Source: Macrostomum lignano (taxonomy: Eukaryota). From it: DNA of 64,000 nt. Of this stretch, positions 26,896 through 39,510 are shown one piece after another. Each line of letters opens with the position of its first letter. Positions within the stretch are counted from its first letter, which is position 1. The notes below the pieces were generated by a model. The model saw only the letters and a list, made by a program, of their open reading frames with translations. It did not search any database and was not told the origin of the DNA. Location: NCBI GenBank assembly GCA_002269645.1, contig NIVC01003404.1, positions 1 through 64,000 of the forward strand, in the 5' to 3' direction. Made by a program: the position numbers and the translations under genes.

Positions 26896-27628
26896 TTAAG
26901 AGGACCATGGCTGATTATATCTTTAGATTCTTTATTTGTGAGTTTATCTCTGCATTTGCTGTTCCGCTGTAGTGATCATTTTTCATTTACAATACAGCAT
27001 AAACACTTTTACTGGCTAGTCGAATTCAAGGTTACTTTTTCTACTTTATCCTAGACAATAGCTTTTCTAATCCTATAGCACTTGCCTTAGAGAAAACCTC
27101 GTGCTTCCCATTCGCCCCGAAGGCGGATGAGGATACACAGTATGGTTATGTGACCTTGAGGACGAAAATAATATATAATTTATTTGCCACTTCGATAAAA
27201 ATCTAGAAGTATTCTGAAATTATTTTATCTTCGATCTTTTATCCTACCCCTTTAGAGACCAAGTGTCAATGTCTCATGGACGAGCGAAAATAAATGATTT
27301 ATTGCCCCAAGGCAAACAAATGACAGCCACTGTGGCACACATTTGATAGCTGGGAAAGTAGGAGATGAAGGTAAATATAACGTATCAGACTCTAAAAAAC
27401 GTTTTGCATAAATGTTCGCTGTCAAAGATGTTGCAGAAGCTGCTGCTGGGTTGATGCTGACTTAAATGTAACGACTTTCGCAGGGGTCCTGTGTTTGATG
27501 TCAATCAACAAACTACAGTTTAAATGGGAATTGCAAATTGGGCGTGAAAAAGTAGAGTCTTTGGTCCCAGCTGCAAAGAAACACATCTATATTACCTGTG
27601 TAGCAACTGTTCAACCCTGCAATTAGTC

Positions 27629-29387
27629 ATGAGTTTGTGTCTTCTGGTTTTACTAACTTTAGCGTCAGTTGATGTTCTTGGCGGTACTGGTAAGTTTGAA
27701 GAACTGGCTGAGGGCTTTAGGCACTACCAAAAACCAAGGCTTTCAAAATCCCAAAATTCGTAAAGACTAAATCTAAAACGATTGTACAAAACTATAAATA
27801 GATTTCAAAATGCAAAAAAAAATCGACTTTGGTTAATTCTACCCGCTTTCTTGAGTCCCTTCTATCAAAGCAGTCTTTCAGGTTATTGATTGGTAGTTTC
27901 AGTTTACTGAAAAATTTTATTCAGTGTGGTGACTAGCTAAGTCCTTACGTAACCCATTTCAGAGTCGACCAAGTCCCAGAGCGCTGTGAATCGCTTTGTT
28001 GACTACGAGAAACCCGTGCTTTTCAACGCAAGCATCAAGAGTGACGTCGTAAACGTGACTGGAGTTCAATCCGGCATCAAGTAGCTCGTACTTGGCTCTG
28101 TGCCAAGAAAAGTTCTGAGTCCTTGCAGTGCTCAACAAGTTGATGCAAATTTGTCGAATTGTCACCGTCTTTGACTCCCTGATGTCGGCAGGACCTCCAA
28201 GAACTCACGTGAGTCGGCTTCTCGGAGCGGAAGCTGGAGACAGAGTCTAGGCAGCTAAGAGCTTTGCTGCTTCCATTTCAATGAAGAACACGGTGCGATT
28301 TTTTTTTGAGTGAGTTAAGTCTCTCCCATCGCATAAAATAAAAATACATTGAAACTACTTCAGTTGGTGACTATTTTGAACTATTAATGACCTATATGGA
28401 CTTCAGAAATTGATTCCTAACTAAGTATAACAGCAGCATCAGTTTATTTATATTAGGGGCACTCAAAATCCACAGACAGCAGCTCAGGCAGAAACGGCTC
28501 CATCCAGCTCGCTCTGATCAACGTCACCGGCTGCTACCGCATCGTGGTGGCCGGAGCCAAAGGCGGCGACAACTCGTTCACTGAGACAAGTGGAGGTCTC
28601 GGCGCCTTGGCAGCTGGCAGCTTCAACCTGACAGCCGGCACCCAGCTCTCTATCGTGGTCGGGCAGGCGGGCGGCTCTGCCAACTCAAATACATCGGGAG
28701 CCGGCGGCGGCGGAGGCAGCTTCGTGTACCGGACTGCGGACCAGCAGCTGCTGATGGCGGCTGGTGGCGGCGGCGGCTGCTCTTCTCGGGGAGCGAGTGG
28801 TGAGAAAATTTCTTCTTTTTTTTTAAAATTCAACAGAAACAGAACAACAATCGCGAGCATTTAAACCACTAGACGGAGGACCGGGACGGATAGACATGAA
28901 CGGAACGGATTCCATCGGTGGCATTGATTTGACAAGAGGCTTTGGTGGCGCCAACGGTCAGCCGGGCTTCAATGATCCGAGTCGAGCTTCATCCTTTATG
29001 TTCCACGGCGGCTGCGGCGCCGGCTGGCTGGGCAGGGCCGTCAACCCGAGGCGAGGCTCCGGTGATGGCTAACGAGGGGGTGGTTTGGAAGACGGCTGGA
29101 TCGGCGGCAGAGCCGGAGACGGCAGCGCTGGCAAAGGCGGCTTCGGCGGAGGTGGCGGCGGTGGAGGCGGTGGAGGCGGTGGAGGCGAAACCGAGACCCT
29201 GAGGGGAGCCGGCGGAGCTGGCGGAGGCTTCAGCGGTGGCGGAGCTGGACTGGGCTACCGCCACTCTGGAGGCGGCGGCGGCTCGTTCTGCAGCGGCATC
29301 GACTGCACCGGCGCCACCGGAGGCAACTCGTCTGACAAACACGGACGAGTAGCTCAGCAGCTGCTGGCTGCTAGCGCTATTGGGTGA
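27629..29387 (+). pseudogene. Copy C: decayed secreted PAN + ALK/LTK-like glycine-rich protein gene
   Basis: Signal exon 27629-27689 (MSLCLLVLLTLASVDVLGGT-G). Degenerate PAN exon 27963-~28292 with a frameshift and stops at 28082, 28116 and 28248. Exon 28476-28799 (INVTGCYRIVVAGAKGG...SFVYR). Last exon 28873-29387 with in-frame TAA at 29070-29072. Confidence 0.8.
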
Positions 29388-30649
29388 AGATATAGCCGTG
29401 AAAGAATGCTATTCATAAATACATCCGGAAAAAACCAAGATACAAGCTATCATAAACAATTATCAGTTACAGTGAGTCAATACTATGATATCCGACCGCC
29501 TATTGAACTTTACACTTTATAAATAACAGAAATATAGCGTTTCAGAGCAAAAAAGTAGCAGTGAGGGTTGCATTTGCAACATAATTTAACTAAAAATTAC
29601 CAGCTAGCTACTGTACGGGTGCTGTTCAGTAGCATCCAGCAAAATCTGAATATTTCCTCAATAATAATCAGTGATGTACGCATGTCCAGTCCAGGATGTC
29701 GCCGTACCAAAATCAGCCTAAAAAATTTGCTCCACTAAAACAAATTGAAAGAGGTGACCAAGCACGACGAATGATGGGAGCTCAACTTGTCCATCCTCTT
29801 AGACGTGGCATCCACCGGACTAGGATACCTAAGGGGTAGGGGGTACGGGTAGGGGACCAAGCGACAGGGGGAGGAGAGAGGCGATAGGGAGAAGAGAGAC
29901 TGCAGGGAGGAGAGAGAAGGAGAGAGGCTGCAGGGAGGAGAGAGGAGAGAGGCGGCAGGGAGAAGGAGAGGAGAGAGGCGGCAGGGAGAAGGAGAGAGAA
30001 GGTAAGAGGCGGCAGGGAGAAGGAGAGAGAAGGAGAGAGAGGCTGCAGGGAGAAGGAGGGAGGAGAGAGGCCGTTTGGGGAGGCCCTCGCCCTCGTGCAA
30101 TTACAAAACAGCTCTTACATAAAAAGTGATATTTTTGCATAGGTTTCAAACTAAAAGTTTTGAGTATCTTCTCCCGCCTTCTGAAGCTGCCATCAGCAAG
30201 AATGAGAAAGGAGTGAGAGAGAAAGAGCAAAGGGTGTAGGGGAAGAGAGAAGTGTATCTGAATTTTCTTCATACTCTGCGAAAGCATACACCCCATTGGC
30301 TGTTCTCATTGGCGGGAGGTAGGGAGGCATGAAATGCTTTGAGAAATGAGAAATGATTTAGCGCATAATCCTTGTTTATTGTTTTAATACTCAATATCAA
30401 TCGGTATCTTACGGACAACTCAAGTTGATACTTTTATTATTATTTCTTTAATTTTTCTACAAATGAGCCGATGCTCTTCACGACAACAGACTTTCTGGGT
30501 GCAGGTACAAGCAGGCAGTGCCGGAGGTCGAAGAAGAAATCACAATAAGCTACCATGGAGACGAAAAGCTTGTCGAAATTCTTGCTGTATCCGGTAAGCT
30601 TGCTAATTATTTAAATTCGTAGTCGAAGAATCAAAGGGAGGAGCAAGGT

Positions 30650-31753
30650 GTGAATTCTACTGGAGGCTACCTGAAAGTTGGAAATGAGGGAAACTCTGAA
30701 GTCACTCATGCCACTGTTCCTTCAAGCACTCTAAAAAGGAAGGCAACTGCTTCGACAACAGTGGCGAAGAAGATTCTGAGAAAGTCCACGGCTCAAAAAA
30801 CTGCCGTAGCTACAGTCATCAGCCGCGCGAAGCCTGCAGAGGCGGCAAATCAGCAAGAGGCGGCTGTCAACACAGCCATTCGGTTCGTCGCAGTTCGGAT
30901 CGGATCAGTCGGTTCGATCTCTGAATCATCTCTGGCCAGAGTGCTTGGAGGTATCGAGAAGATTATTGAGTTCAATCGTCTGAAGCAGAATGACGGCAGT
31001 GTCGTCAACTCCTTGATTGTAGTGCACCTACAGGAGCTCTCATCAGCAGTCAGTCAGATTCAGAAAGATGTAAGAGAAATCAAGGATACAATGTCCTTCT
31101 TAACTCTGAAAGTAACCAATGAGCACTCCATGAGCTCAATGACTCAACGCGCTGAGACTTCACGCGCCGAGACCCCTCGCCCCGAGTCCCCACGCGCCGA
31201 GACCCCACGCGCAGAGGCCCCCAGCGCCGAGGCCCCACGCGCCGAGACTCCACGCGCCAAGACTCCACGCGCCGAGGCCCCACGCGCCGAGACTTCACTC
31301 GCTGAGACCCCACGCGCCGAGGCCCCACGCGCCGAGACCCCACGCGCCGAGACTCCACGCGCCGAGACTCCAAAAATTCAATTTTCGACTGCAGCTGAAA
31401 GCAAAACAACAGGGAAATTCGAACTTCCAATTGAGGATATTGATCCACGCTGTCAAACACTGTCAGAGTACGACGAAATCGAAGATTTTCAAAGCCCTAT
31501 TTATTTCTCCACTGAGTCGATTGATCCGCGCTTGCTTCACACTATCAAGATTGAAAGCCCCAGTGCCAAGTATTTCGCCAAGCTGATGTCCAGGATTTCC
31601 ATCCCAGGATTCGAGCGCTTTAAAATGACCATGGGAAATCTTCGTGGAGAGGGGAAGAAAGCATACCCAAAACACATTTTTAACCAGGTTCTTGAAGGGA
31701 CCAGCAGCCAGTATCCTGGAACTACACCAGAACTGGTGACCATTTGCAATTAA
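30650..31753 (+). CDS. 367-aa ORF with (R/S)AE(T/A)P repeats and a C-terminal BEN-like helical domain; probably transposon-borne
   Basis: Long open frame with a coiled-coil-like segment, ~14 RAETP-type pentapeptides, then YFAKLMSRI...GNLRGEGKK...IFNQV...YPG; a shifted frame continues INEEARKLL. Confidence 0.45.
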   Translation: MNSTGGYLKVGNEGNSEVTHATVPSSTLKRKATASTTVAKKILRKSTAQKTAVATVISRAKPAEAANQQEAAVNTAIRFVAVRIGSVGSISESSLARVLGGIEKIIEFNRLKQNDGSVVNSLIVVHLQELSSAVSQIQKDVREIKDTMSFLTLKVTNEHSMSSMTQRAETSRAETPRPESPRAETPRAEAPSAEAPRAETPRAKTPRAEAPRAETSLAETPRAEAPRAETPRAETPRAETPKIQFSTAAESKTTGKFELPIEDIDPRCQTLSEYDEIEDFQSPIYFSTESIDPRLLHTIKIESPSAKYFAKLMSRISIPGFERFKMTMGNLRGEGKKAYPKHIFNQVLEGTSSQYPGTTPELVTICN

Positions 31754-32064
31754 CGAAGAGGCAAGAAAGTTGCTCAGCGAGGTTCGTGCGTGTCATCTCC
31801 TGAGAAAGTGCTGGTTTGTTAGATGCAAATGTAAAGAAACATGATTTCACTTAAGTTTCTGACTTTAATTTTACGAACCGTGTAAGCAATCGCTAGTGTA
31901 TTTTCTTTAATCGGCACTGTACTGTACATAGCTACCAGCGCAAAAAATTATTAAAATTATAAAAATTTTAAAATTGCTTATTGTTACCAGTGACACCATA
32001 CTAATCGCTACCAGAATTTAAACAAATAAATTTCGCTCTTTCTTATCGGCCACCTCGAAGGGGG

Positions 32065-33489
32065 TGTAACGGTTTGACAGTTCTGTAATTCGAATCTAGT
32101 TTATTTACATGGTGCATGGTGTATTTTAACTTTAGTCAGAACCTTAGCTGTTTGAATTATATGCATAATTTATTCTAGGGTTCTAATATTACATATTTTG
32201 GTAATTTGGTTTCCGTTTCCAAGAAATGCGACTCATATTTAAACATGTAAGTTCTTAGCCTTTTTTGTAAGCGTGTGGCAGCCTTGGACGTAGATCAACT
32301 TAGCATGTACGTGAGTGTAGTGATCCGCTAGTTGATGTTAGGCGTCCCACTTTGTCAGCAGTCTCCCTCGCCCTCGCCCTGGGTTGCTGTCTGCCGCTGG
32401 TCAGCTTCCCGCCCCCTTGGCCCGTCTGTTGCTGCCCTTGGCCTGTTCTGCCCTTCTGCGTCTCTGTTCTCAGCCCTCAGCTTCTCTGCTGTGGGCTGTC
32501 GTCTCTGTTTCGTTCCCGTCCCGTTTTCCTCTGTCATGTGAGCAAGTCACATGACAGACTCTGCGTTCTTCGAGTCCTAAAGTGCAGTAAACATGTTTAC
32601 TGCACTCGTTGGCCCTGTTTACCGGGAGAATCACGTGCTTTCGGACCCCTCCCTTCTCTAAGGAGAGGAGTGACTCATGCTGCTAAAAATAGCAACTGAG
32701 TCACAGCCGCGTGTACTCTGGCCGGAGACCTCAAGTGACGTCAGTTCTAAAAATAGAACGAGTCACGAGGTCTTGCGCGCACTGAGACCCTGCCTCGAGA
32801 TCTCAAGTGACGTCAGTTCTAAAAATAGAACAAGTCACGAGGTCTTGTGCGTGGGTGTTTCCCGGCTATAAATAGGACCCCTCTCCCCTTGTTTCCGTCA
32901 AGGAAAGGCTTCTTATCTGCGGAGAATTCACTAAGATCCCGTGTGCGTCAGTGTCTAACTAAGTGCCCTTTGCGTACTGAATCCATTTGTACTGGTCTGA
33001 CTGAGACCCACTAAAGCCCAAGCCTAAGGGAGGCTAACACTGCCTTCCCAGCCACCCCTGAGCCCGGCGGGGATCTGCTGATCAGGACGCCTTGTTCATT
33101 AATCTGCAAATCTGCACGCTGTTCTGAGTTCGTTGACTTGTTTATTTCGTTCCGACGGGAAGCTCACCTCATCGAAGGCCGAGACCTGAAGGAACTGGTG
33201 GCAGCACTACCTACGCTACTGAGAATTGAGAGAACTTCCCAATGAAGAGGCTCGAGTCTTAAAGTAATCCGCAAGGGCCTAATCCGGGAAGCAAATAGCT
33301 TGTACTTCATGAGATACAATAATTATAATCAGAGCCGATCACCAGTGTACGCATTCATACTAAGACAGTAAGATTTCTTATGCTACTAGTATAGTAAATC
33401 GTCCAGGACTGACAGACGTAGCTGCTGAACCATACGTTGCTAATACTCTCCTCCGCTAGTAATATTATAAATATACCGGACGCGTTACA
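32065..33489 (+). mobile_element. Solo LTR (Ty3/gypsy-like)
   Basis: TGTAAC...GTTACA termini, GGGG 4-bp target duplication, TATA box (GGCTATAAATAG ~32865), internal ~66-bp duplication, no coding domains. Confidence 0.7.
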
Positions 33490-33985
33490 GGGGCACTAGA
33501 TTTAGACACTGTCAAATAACTGTAACATGCTTGCTTATTTTACATTCTAATGTTCCATAAAATTACTTAATTTACATGTAATATCGATCCTTGCTTCGCC
33601 AAGAAACTTCTTTTGAATTCTGATTCCTCATATATTATTGTAAAATCGAACTAATATCACAAACCAGCTTCTTGTTCAGTAATTTTCAATGCAGTCCCAG
33701 TCCAGCCGTTTTTCAAGCTTATATAGTTCGTAATTTGTTATAATGCAATAGATTTCTATAGAAATTTGCGGCAGAAAACCATACACTGTAAATATACGGT
33801 ACCTACTGAAACCAAGCTACTTTAAGTTATGAATAGAAACCTAATTTATTACTCAATTAATTAAACATACACCAAAAAACAGCGACTTGGTCTCAATTTA
33901 TTTCAATAAATAGCCTCTACGTTACTCTCACTATTTATGTATTATTCCTGCTTACTATAGTTCAATTGTTTTACACTGTTTTAGA

Positions 33986-34440
33986 GTGGGGCACGCACGG
34001 GCACCTTATCCGCTGGATAAAAAATTGGTCTTCAATCGTACTGTCAACTCGCACCTCCTAGGACACTTCCGCTCTGTGGAGGTCCAGAAAGGCGGACCAC
34101 AAGGTGGAGTCCTCAGCCCGATATCTGAAACTTGGTCATGGACGAGCTGTTCTGCAGCCCGCATCCGGACCCGGATCAAAAGGTCGCATGCGGACGATGT
34201 TACCGCCACTGTGACTGGACCATCACTCGCGGTCCTCAGAGACATCATCCAAGACTTCATCCACTGTGCCGAGCGCTGGGCACACAGCTGCGGTCTCAGG
34301 TTCTCTGAGTCTAAAACCGTGGCTATCATGTTCACCAGCCGCCGAAACTGGATAATTGACCCGCTCTCACTATATCGCAAACCTGTTATCGCGGAAAACA
34401 AACCAGATGTTTGGGCGTCACCCTCGACCACAGGTTGACA
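33986..34440 (+). mobile_element. Degenerate non-LTR reverse transcriptase fragment (non-RTE family)
   Basis: GGPQGGVLSP, ADD and SESKTVAIMFT motifs with deletions. Confidence 0.65.
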
Positions 34441-34689
34441 GGGCCTCACCCCCGTCGCCTCTGGTAGATGTACACTGCCATTGTGAGACCGGCCATCTCC
34501 TTCGACGGCTTCATTTGGAACAGAGCCCTAGTGGTGAAAAGGGTGAGCAAAATGGGCGGCAACGCTTCCGCTGGATGCGCGGAGCCCCCTGCAGCAAAGT
34601 GAAGTAAGTCAATTAAGAGCGCAAGCGCTGATGATGCAAATTTCCGGCAAACGGCTGGCATACACCGTAGCAGCGGACAGCTTTTCGTT

Positions 34690-35190
34690 CGGTGCTTCCT
34701 GGTGGTCAACATGCAGAAAGCTGTCCTGCTCTGCGTGCCAGATGACATCGAGGCTGTGATTTTGTGCCAAGGCGCTGATGGACAGGCGACAGAGCTTCCG
34801 CGTTGTCAGCAGTTCGGTCCACCCCAGCGTTCTGGTTCTGGCGGTGATGACTTGCGCGTCCGCGACACAGCGGGCTTGCTCTTCGCTCTGTGAGGGCAGT
34901 CCTGCAATCCGCGGCCCTATCTGACCCTATGTTTGAGATCGTCCTGCTGTACAACGCCGAGACCTGGACGCTGACAGAGTCGCTCGAGCAACAAGTTGAC
35001 GCGGCGCATGCTGGCCTGCTTCACGATCGCGGCTACGAGCAAGTAACTAATGCAGCTTTGTATCGCCGCGCCGGCTTTGGTCCATCCAAGCGACCTGTTG
35101 CGCCGTCGGCGACTCCAGCTGGCAGGCCACATCATCCGCGCCGAGTCGAATTGTACTGAGTCGTACTGCCGTACTGAGTCGTACTGAGAG
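34690..35190 (+). mobile_element. Degenerate 3' fragment of the same RTE-like family as 18026-20224
   Basis: VLLCVPDDIEA, ATELPRCQQF and VLLYNAETWTLTESLEQQVDAA match the 18-kb copy; ends in short GTACTGAG repeats. Confidence 0.8.
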
Positions 35191-37007
35191 TTGAAGAGCG
35201 CAAAGTTAGTGAACCCATCGTTCTGGAATCCAGCATTGAACTTCGACCGCGCATTAGCACCAGCAAGCCGAACGAATTCGTTTCCGTATTCTACACAGTA
35301 AAGCAAGCCAATTCAAATGCTGAAATGAACAATGGTGGGCTGTATAGTAGGTAACGGGCTGAAATACTGGTCAAACACGAGTGCGCGTTACGACTTCGTG
35401 CAGCAAGGACCATTGTTATTGCTTCATCGCGGTGCCCCTATGTACATGATGATAAAATAAGGATTCAAAGGTGATGGAAGTGATGATTGAGACATTGAAC
35501 ACTCTTGCTAGCCCAACTGAAACGCCCTGCACCGCAAACTTCATCTGCTTAACTACAACCCATCCAGCCAATTTGATTCTAGAAATCAAATTGAAAACAA
35601 AGCTACAGAAACGAAGTATCAGTGCTTGAGTGGTGTCGCAATAACGAGAAAATTATATTTTATAGAATTTTGCTTTTTATAAATTTGATTGCACACGGTC
35701 ACTTTGATACAACTGTGCAGCAACAGTTGTACACGCTAGGATCGTGGTTTGCATAAATTTGCATCCAAGATATAGCAATATTTGCCCTTTCACTCGTTAC
35801 AGTAGTATATTTGATTGTTAACGGTCTGTAGGCAGGCCCTTTCTGTGAATCAAAATTTTATCCGAGTGGACTATTTAGCACTCAGTAAGAATTAACCATT
35901 TTTTCTCCAATATGCATTACCTTTATATCTTTTTAATCAGCACGTGGAGTGATTCCGGAATCTCGAATCCCTTTTTTGGACTAAACAATAGAAGACGGAG
36001 ATAAAAAGCCAAATTTAGCCTCAAGAATGGAAATCATTTTACTGTGGCAAAAAATTGTTTTGTCATTTGACTTGCAGGTAAAACAATGGTGAGACGTCAG
36101 GGCCACGTCGACTGCTTCTTAAATCATGCCTCAGTAAGCCAAGTGGAAAAAGCTATAGGCAAGTGAATAGGCTTCAGTAAAAAAACAGAAAGCAGACAAC
36201 AGTACAAAGATAGATAGAATGGAAAATTAAGACTCCTTATCTCGTTGAAGAGTCGGGCAATTCCAAGAAGCAACCAATATTGATTTTTACTTTATTTCTA
36301 GGAGTTTTCAAGGCTACCGTTAAAGTCCTAAGCTCAAGGTATTTACGATGGCAGCTAAGAAAACTGCAATGTTTTACTTGCATGCGGCCCGAACACCCCA
36401 AGCCAGTTGTCAATGGATAAATAATCAGCCGGTAGGCGCGGGCCATAGACAAATCGTTGTCACGTGCTGCGACCGCTGATTCTTTGCATTGTTTTTCTGT
36501 TTGACGATCCTAAAACAATTTGTAGTAATGGATTGTTCTGCATAAAAAATGCGAATAATGATTGTCAAATTGCTAAACAATGCGGCCCGCTGCCCGTAGA
36601 AGGTTGGGGACCCTTATTCTAAGCCATTCCACTGCCAATTAAAATTACTGCCAGTCAGAAGTCTTTTCAAACAGAGAGTTTTGAAAAGCTGGCAACCCAT
36701 CCCCATGCTTAAGCCAAAGACGATGCAGTCACTGGGAATTTTCCATGGAAAAATTACAGCCTCTGGAGTGAGGCGTCTCCACACTGCCAATGCATTCTGG
36801 GCTCAGAAAACCTTGCTGAGGATTGGGCCAGGTAAGAAGGGCGGCCGGCGCCTCGGAAGGAAAGCAAGGGGAGACAATGGCGAGTGGCTGCCCTAGCAAC
36901 CAGCAAAATATTTTACACCCACACAGAATTCCTTCAAAAATGAGAAATAGAAGGTATCCTACTGAAAGCCCGGAAATATCTTTGCAAGATCGCGTTAAAA
37001 ATTCCCA

Positions 37008-39510
37008 ATGGAGTCAATAATTTTCGGCTTGTTAATGCTTTTGGTCTGTCGCTGTAGTTGCTTCGATTCTGCCCAAGGTAAGCCAATTGGTTTGGATTAT
37101 AGGGGATTCTGCATTATCTAAGAGTCAGCAATTTTCATTTTCTCGTATCACGACGCCAGCTACCATGTAAAGAATTCGGCTCATAGTTGAGGGGCAGATG
37201 AGAGTGGAAGGCGAGAAAATGTAAGATAAGAGATGAGAGAGTAGAGGCGAGAGATTAGATGAGAGAATAGAAGAGGAGAGAAGAGGGTGGGGGAGAGAAG
37301 AGGAGAGAGAAGCAGAGAGAGGAGAGACCGAGAGAAATGAGAATAGACACAATTCACAAACCCTAAGCAGGCCGGATTGCTATTGTGAAGTTTCAAAGGG
37401 CCCGAGGCCGGATAAAGAGGCTTTGTGAGCTGCATGTGGCCCGCGGACCCGGGTGTACTAGCCCCTGGGTCAAGTGAATATTAGCGGTGTCAGTGACTTG
37501 GGCTGACCAGATAAGCATCAGTGCCAAGTCGTGCGGCGCATACATGAACAGCTGGTGCAGGCGGTGCTAATGTACACCATCCCGTCATATCTGTTTCTGT
37601 CAGTGGGGAGTAGGCGTCCTGCAAGGAGAGGCAGAGACCAGGAGATTGCATATGTGCAGCTCTTTAACGTTCTACAATCGCTTTGCAGGATCCTGCAATC
37701 CTGCTCGCTACACGCAGCACAATGGTGTCCTTACGATCAACTCCGGAGTCAGTAGCCAAGTCAGTAACATCTCTGGAGTGGAATCCCTGCAGGGTTGCCT
37801 GACTCTGTGCCGGATGAGGGACTGCGTTGCTCTCGAGTACTTACCGAGCAGCGGTCTTTGCCGGCCGGTGACTGTCTCAAAAGGATCTAGCGAGTCCAGA
37901 GTCCTGGGGACAGAGCCTGGCTCTGAAGTTTTCAAGCTGAAGAATTTCGACGCAGTGATTTTTTCGATATTAAGCACCAACATCACTCTTCTCTTCACAA
38001 GTAAGCCTTTCTTTTCGTATTAAAAGCATTTTGTAACCATAGTTAAGTAAAAATTAATTTGACAACAAATTTCAGGCACCAGCACTGGTCAAAACGGCAG
38101 CATACAGCAGACAAGGATAAACGTGACCGGCTGTTATCGCATTGAGATTGCCGGAGCCAAGGGTGGTAGCAACTATGGCGAAGGAAAATATGGCGGTAGG
38201 GGAGCCCTGGTCGCTGGAAATGTCAGCCTGACGGCTGGAAGCGTGCTGTCCATTGTCGTTGGTCAGGCTGGTGGCCACGCGAGATCCGAACATGTTGGAA
38301 GCGGCGGCGGCGGCGGAAGTTTTGTGTACCGTGCATCCGACAGTGAGCCGCTCATGGCGGCTGGCGGTGGCGGCGGAGCCTCCAGGGACAACCATGGTTC
38401 GTTTACCTTTTCATTTTAAGTAGTTTCCTTTTCAATACGTACTAATCAGAAAGAATATTCCAAAATATCTTACTTCGAAGTATATAAACTTTAAGGCACA
38501 ATTTTGATTTCACACTTACAATCAGAACGCTTTAAAGTTAATTTTTAATGAAACATCTGCGCTTTCACAAATGAAAAAAAAATCGTCAGCTTTGAAGCTA
38601 AATGAATTGCTAACGCGTACATGGTGAAAACCTATCTCCAGAGTAGATCGGTGAAATAAATTTAATTTGTATTTTGTAAATTTTTTTGGTAGCTCGTAGT
38701 CTCTGCACGAGCCTAGTCTGTTATATTTATAGTGTTATGGCACCAGAACGCATAATGGTACTAAATAAACCTAAAGTTATTTACATCCACTAAAAAAGGT
38801 TAAACACTTTTCTTCAGGACGCCCCGGTGAGGCTGGAAGAAACGGTTCAAAGTCTTACGGCTCAAGCGAGGTAATTTCTTGATATTTTCTTATAGTAAAA
38901 ATTGCAGAATATTAAATGTTACAATTAATTATAACGATACGTATGATCTACTATTAAAAAAATATAGCCAAAGAAAAAACTATGCTCGATAAATTTACTG
39001 TCTTATTAAAACTATGAGTATTTTTTACTCACGACAACACACAACCATTTTATACAGCCCTCTGAGATCGGTATAGGAGGCATCAATGGACAACCGGGCA
39101 GTAATGATCCGTCTAGTGCGGACTCAGACGAAAATTACGGTGGCTGCGGCGCTGGCTGGAAGGGTAGAGCAGCCGTTTCGACCAGTAACGAAAATGGTGG
39201 CGGAGGTGGTAGCAGGTATGAAAATTGGATTGGCGGCTCCTCCAGCCAAGGCTCTTCCTACGGCTTGGGCGGCTTCGGTGGCGGCGGAGGAGCTGCTACG
39301 GGCGACGGTAGCACAGCGGTAGGTGCCGCTGGAGCTGGTGGCGGCTACAGCGGAGGCGGAGCCGGACTTGATGACGATCTTTCTGGCGGAGGCGGTGGCT
39401 CCTTCTGTGGCGGTAGCGGCTGCGTGGCCACCACTGGCGGCAACACGAACAGTGCCCAAGGATTCGTTAAGATTCTGTTTGATTCTGTTATCCCCTACAC
39501 ATGCGCTTGA
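37008..39510 (+). CDS. Copy A: secreted PAN/Apple-like + ALK/LTK-type glycine-rich domain protein, 402 aa, intact
   Basis: Exons 37008-37077, 37689-38000, 38076-38396, 38818-38870, 39058-39510 (1209 nt, all GT-AG, frame continuous). Signal peptide, C..LC....C...Y.....C PAN pattern, TGCYRIEIAGAKGG / VVGQAGG / GGGGGSFV / GGFGGGGG motifs. Confidence 0.85.

Noticed and set aside
26907-26972. Short ORF MADYIFRFFICEFISAFAVPL resembling the B' signal exon
   Set aside because: It ends in a stop with no phase-1 donor; a better signal exon for copy C exists at 27629-27689.
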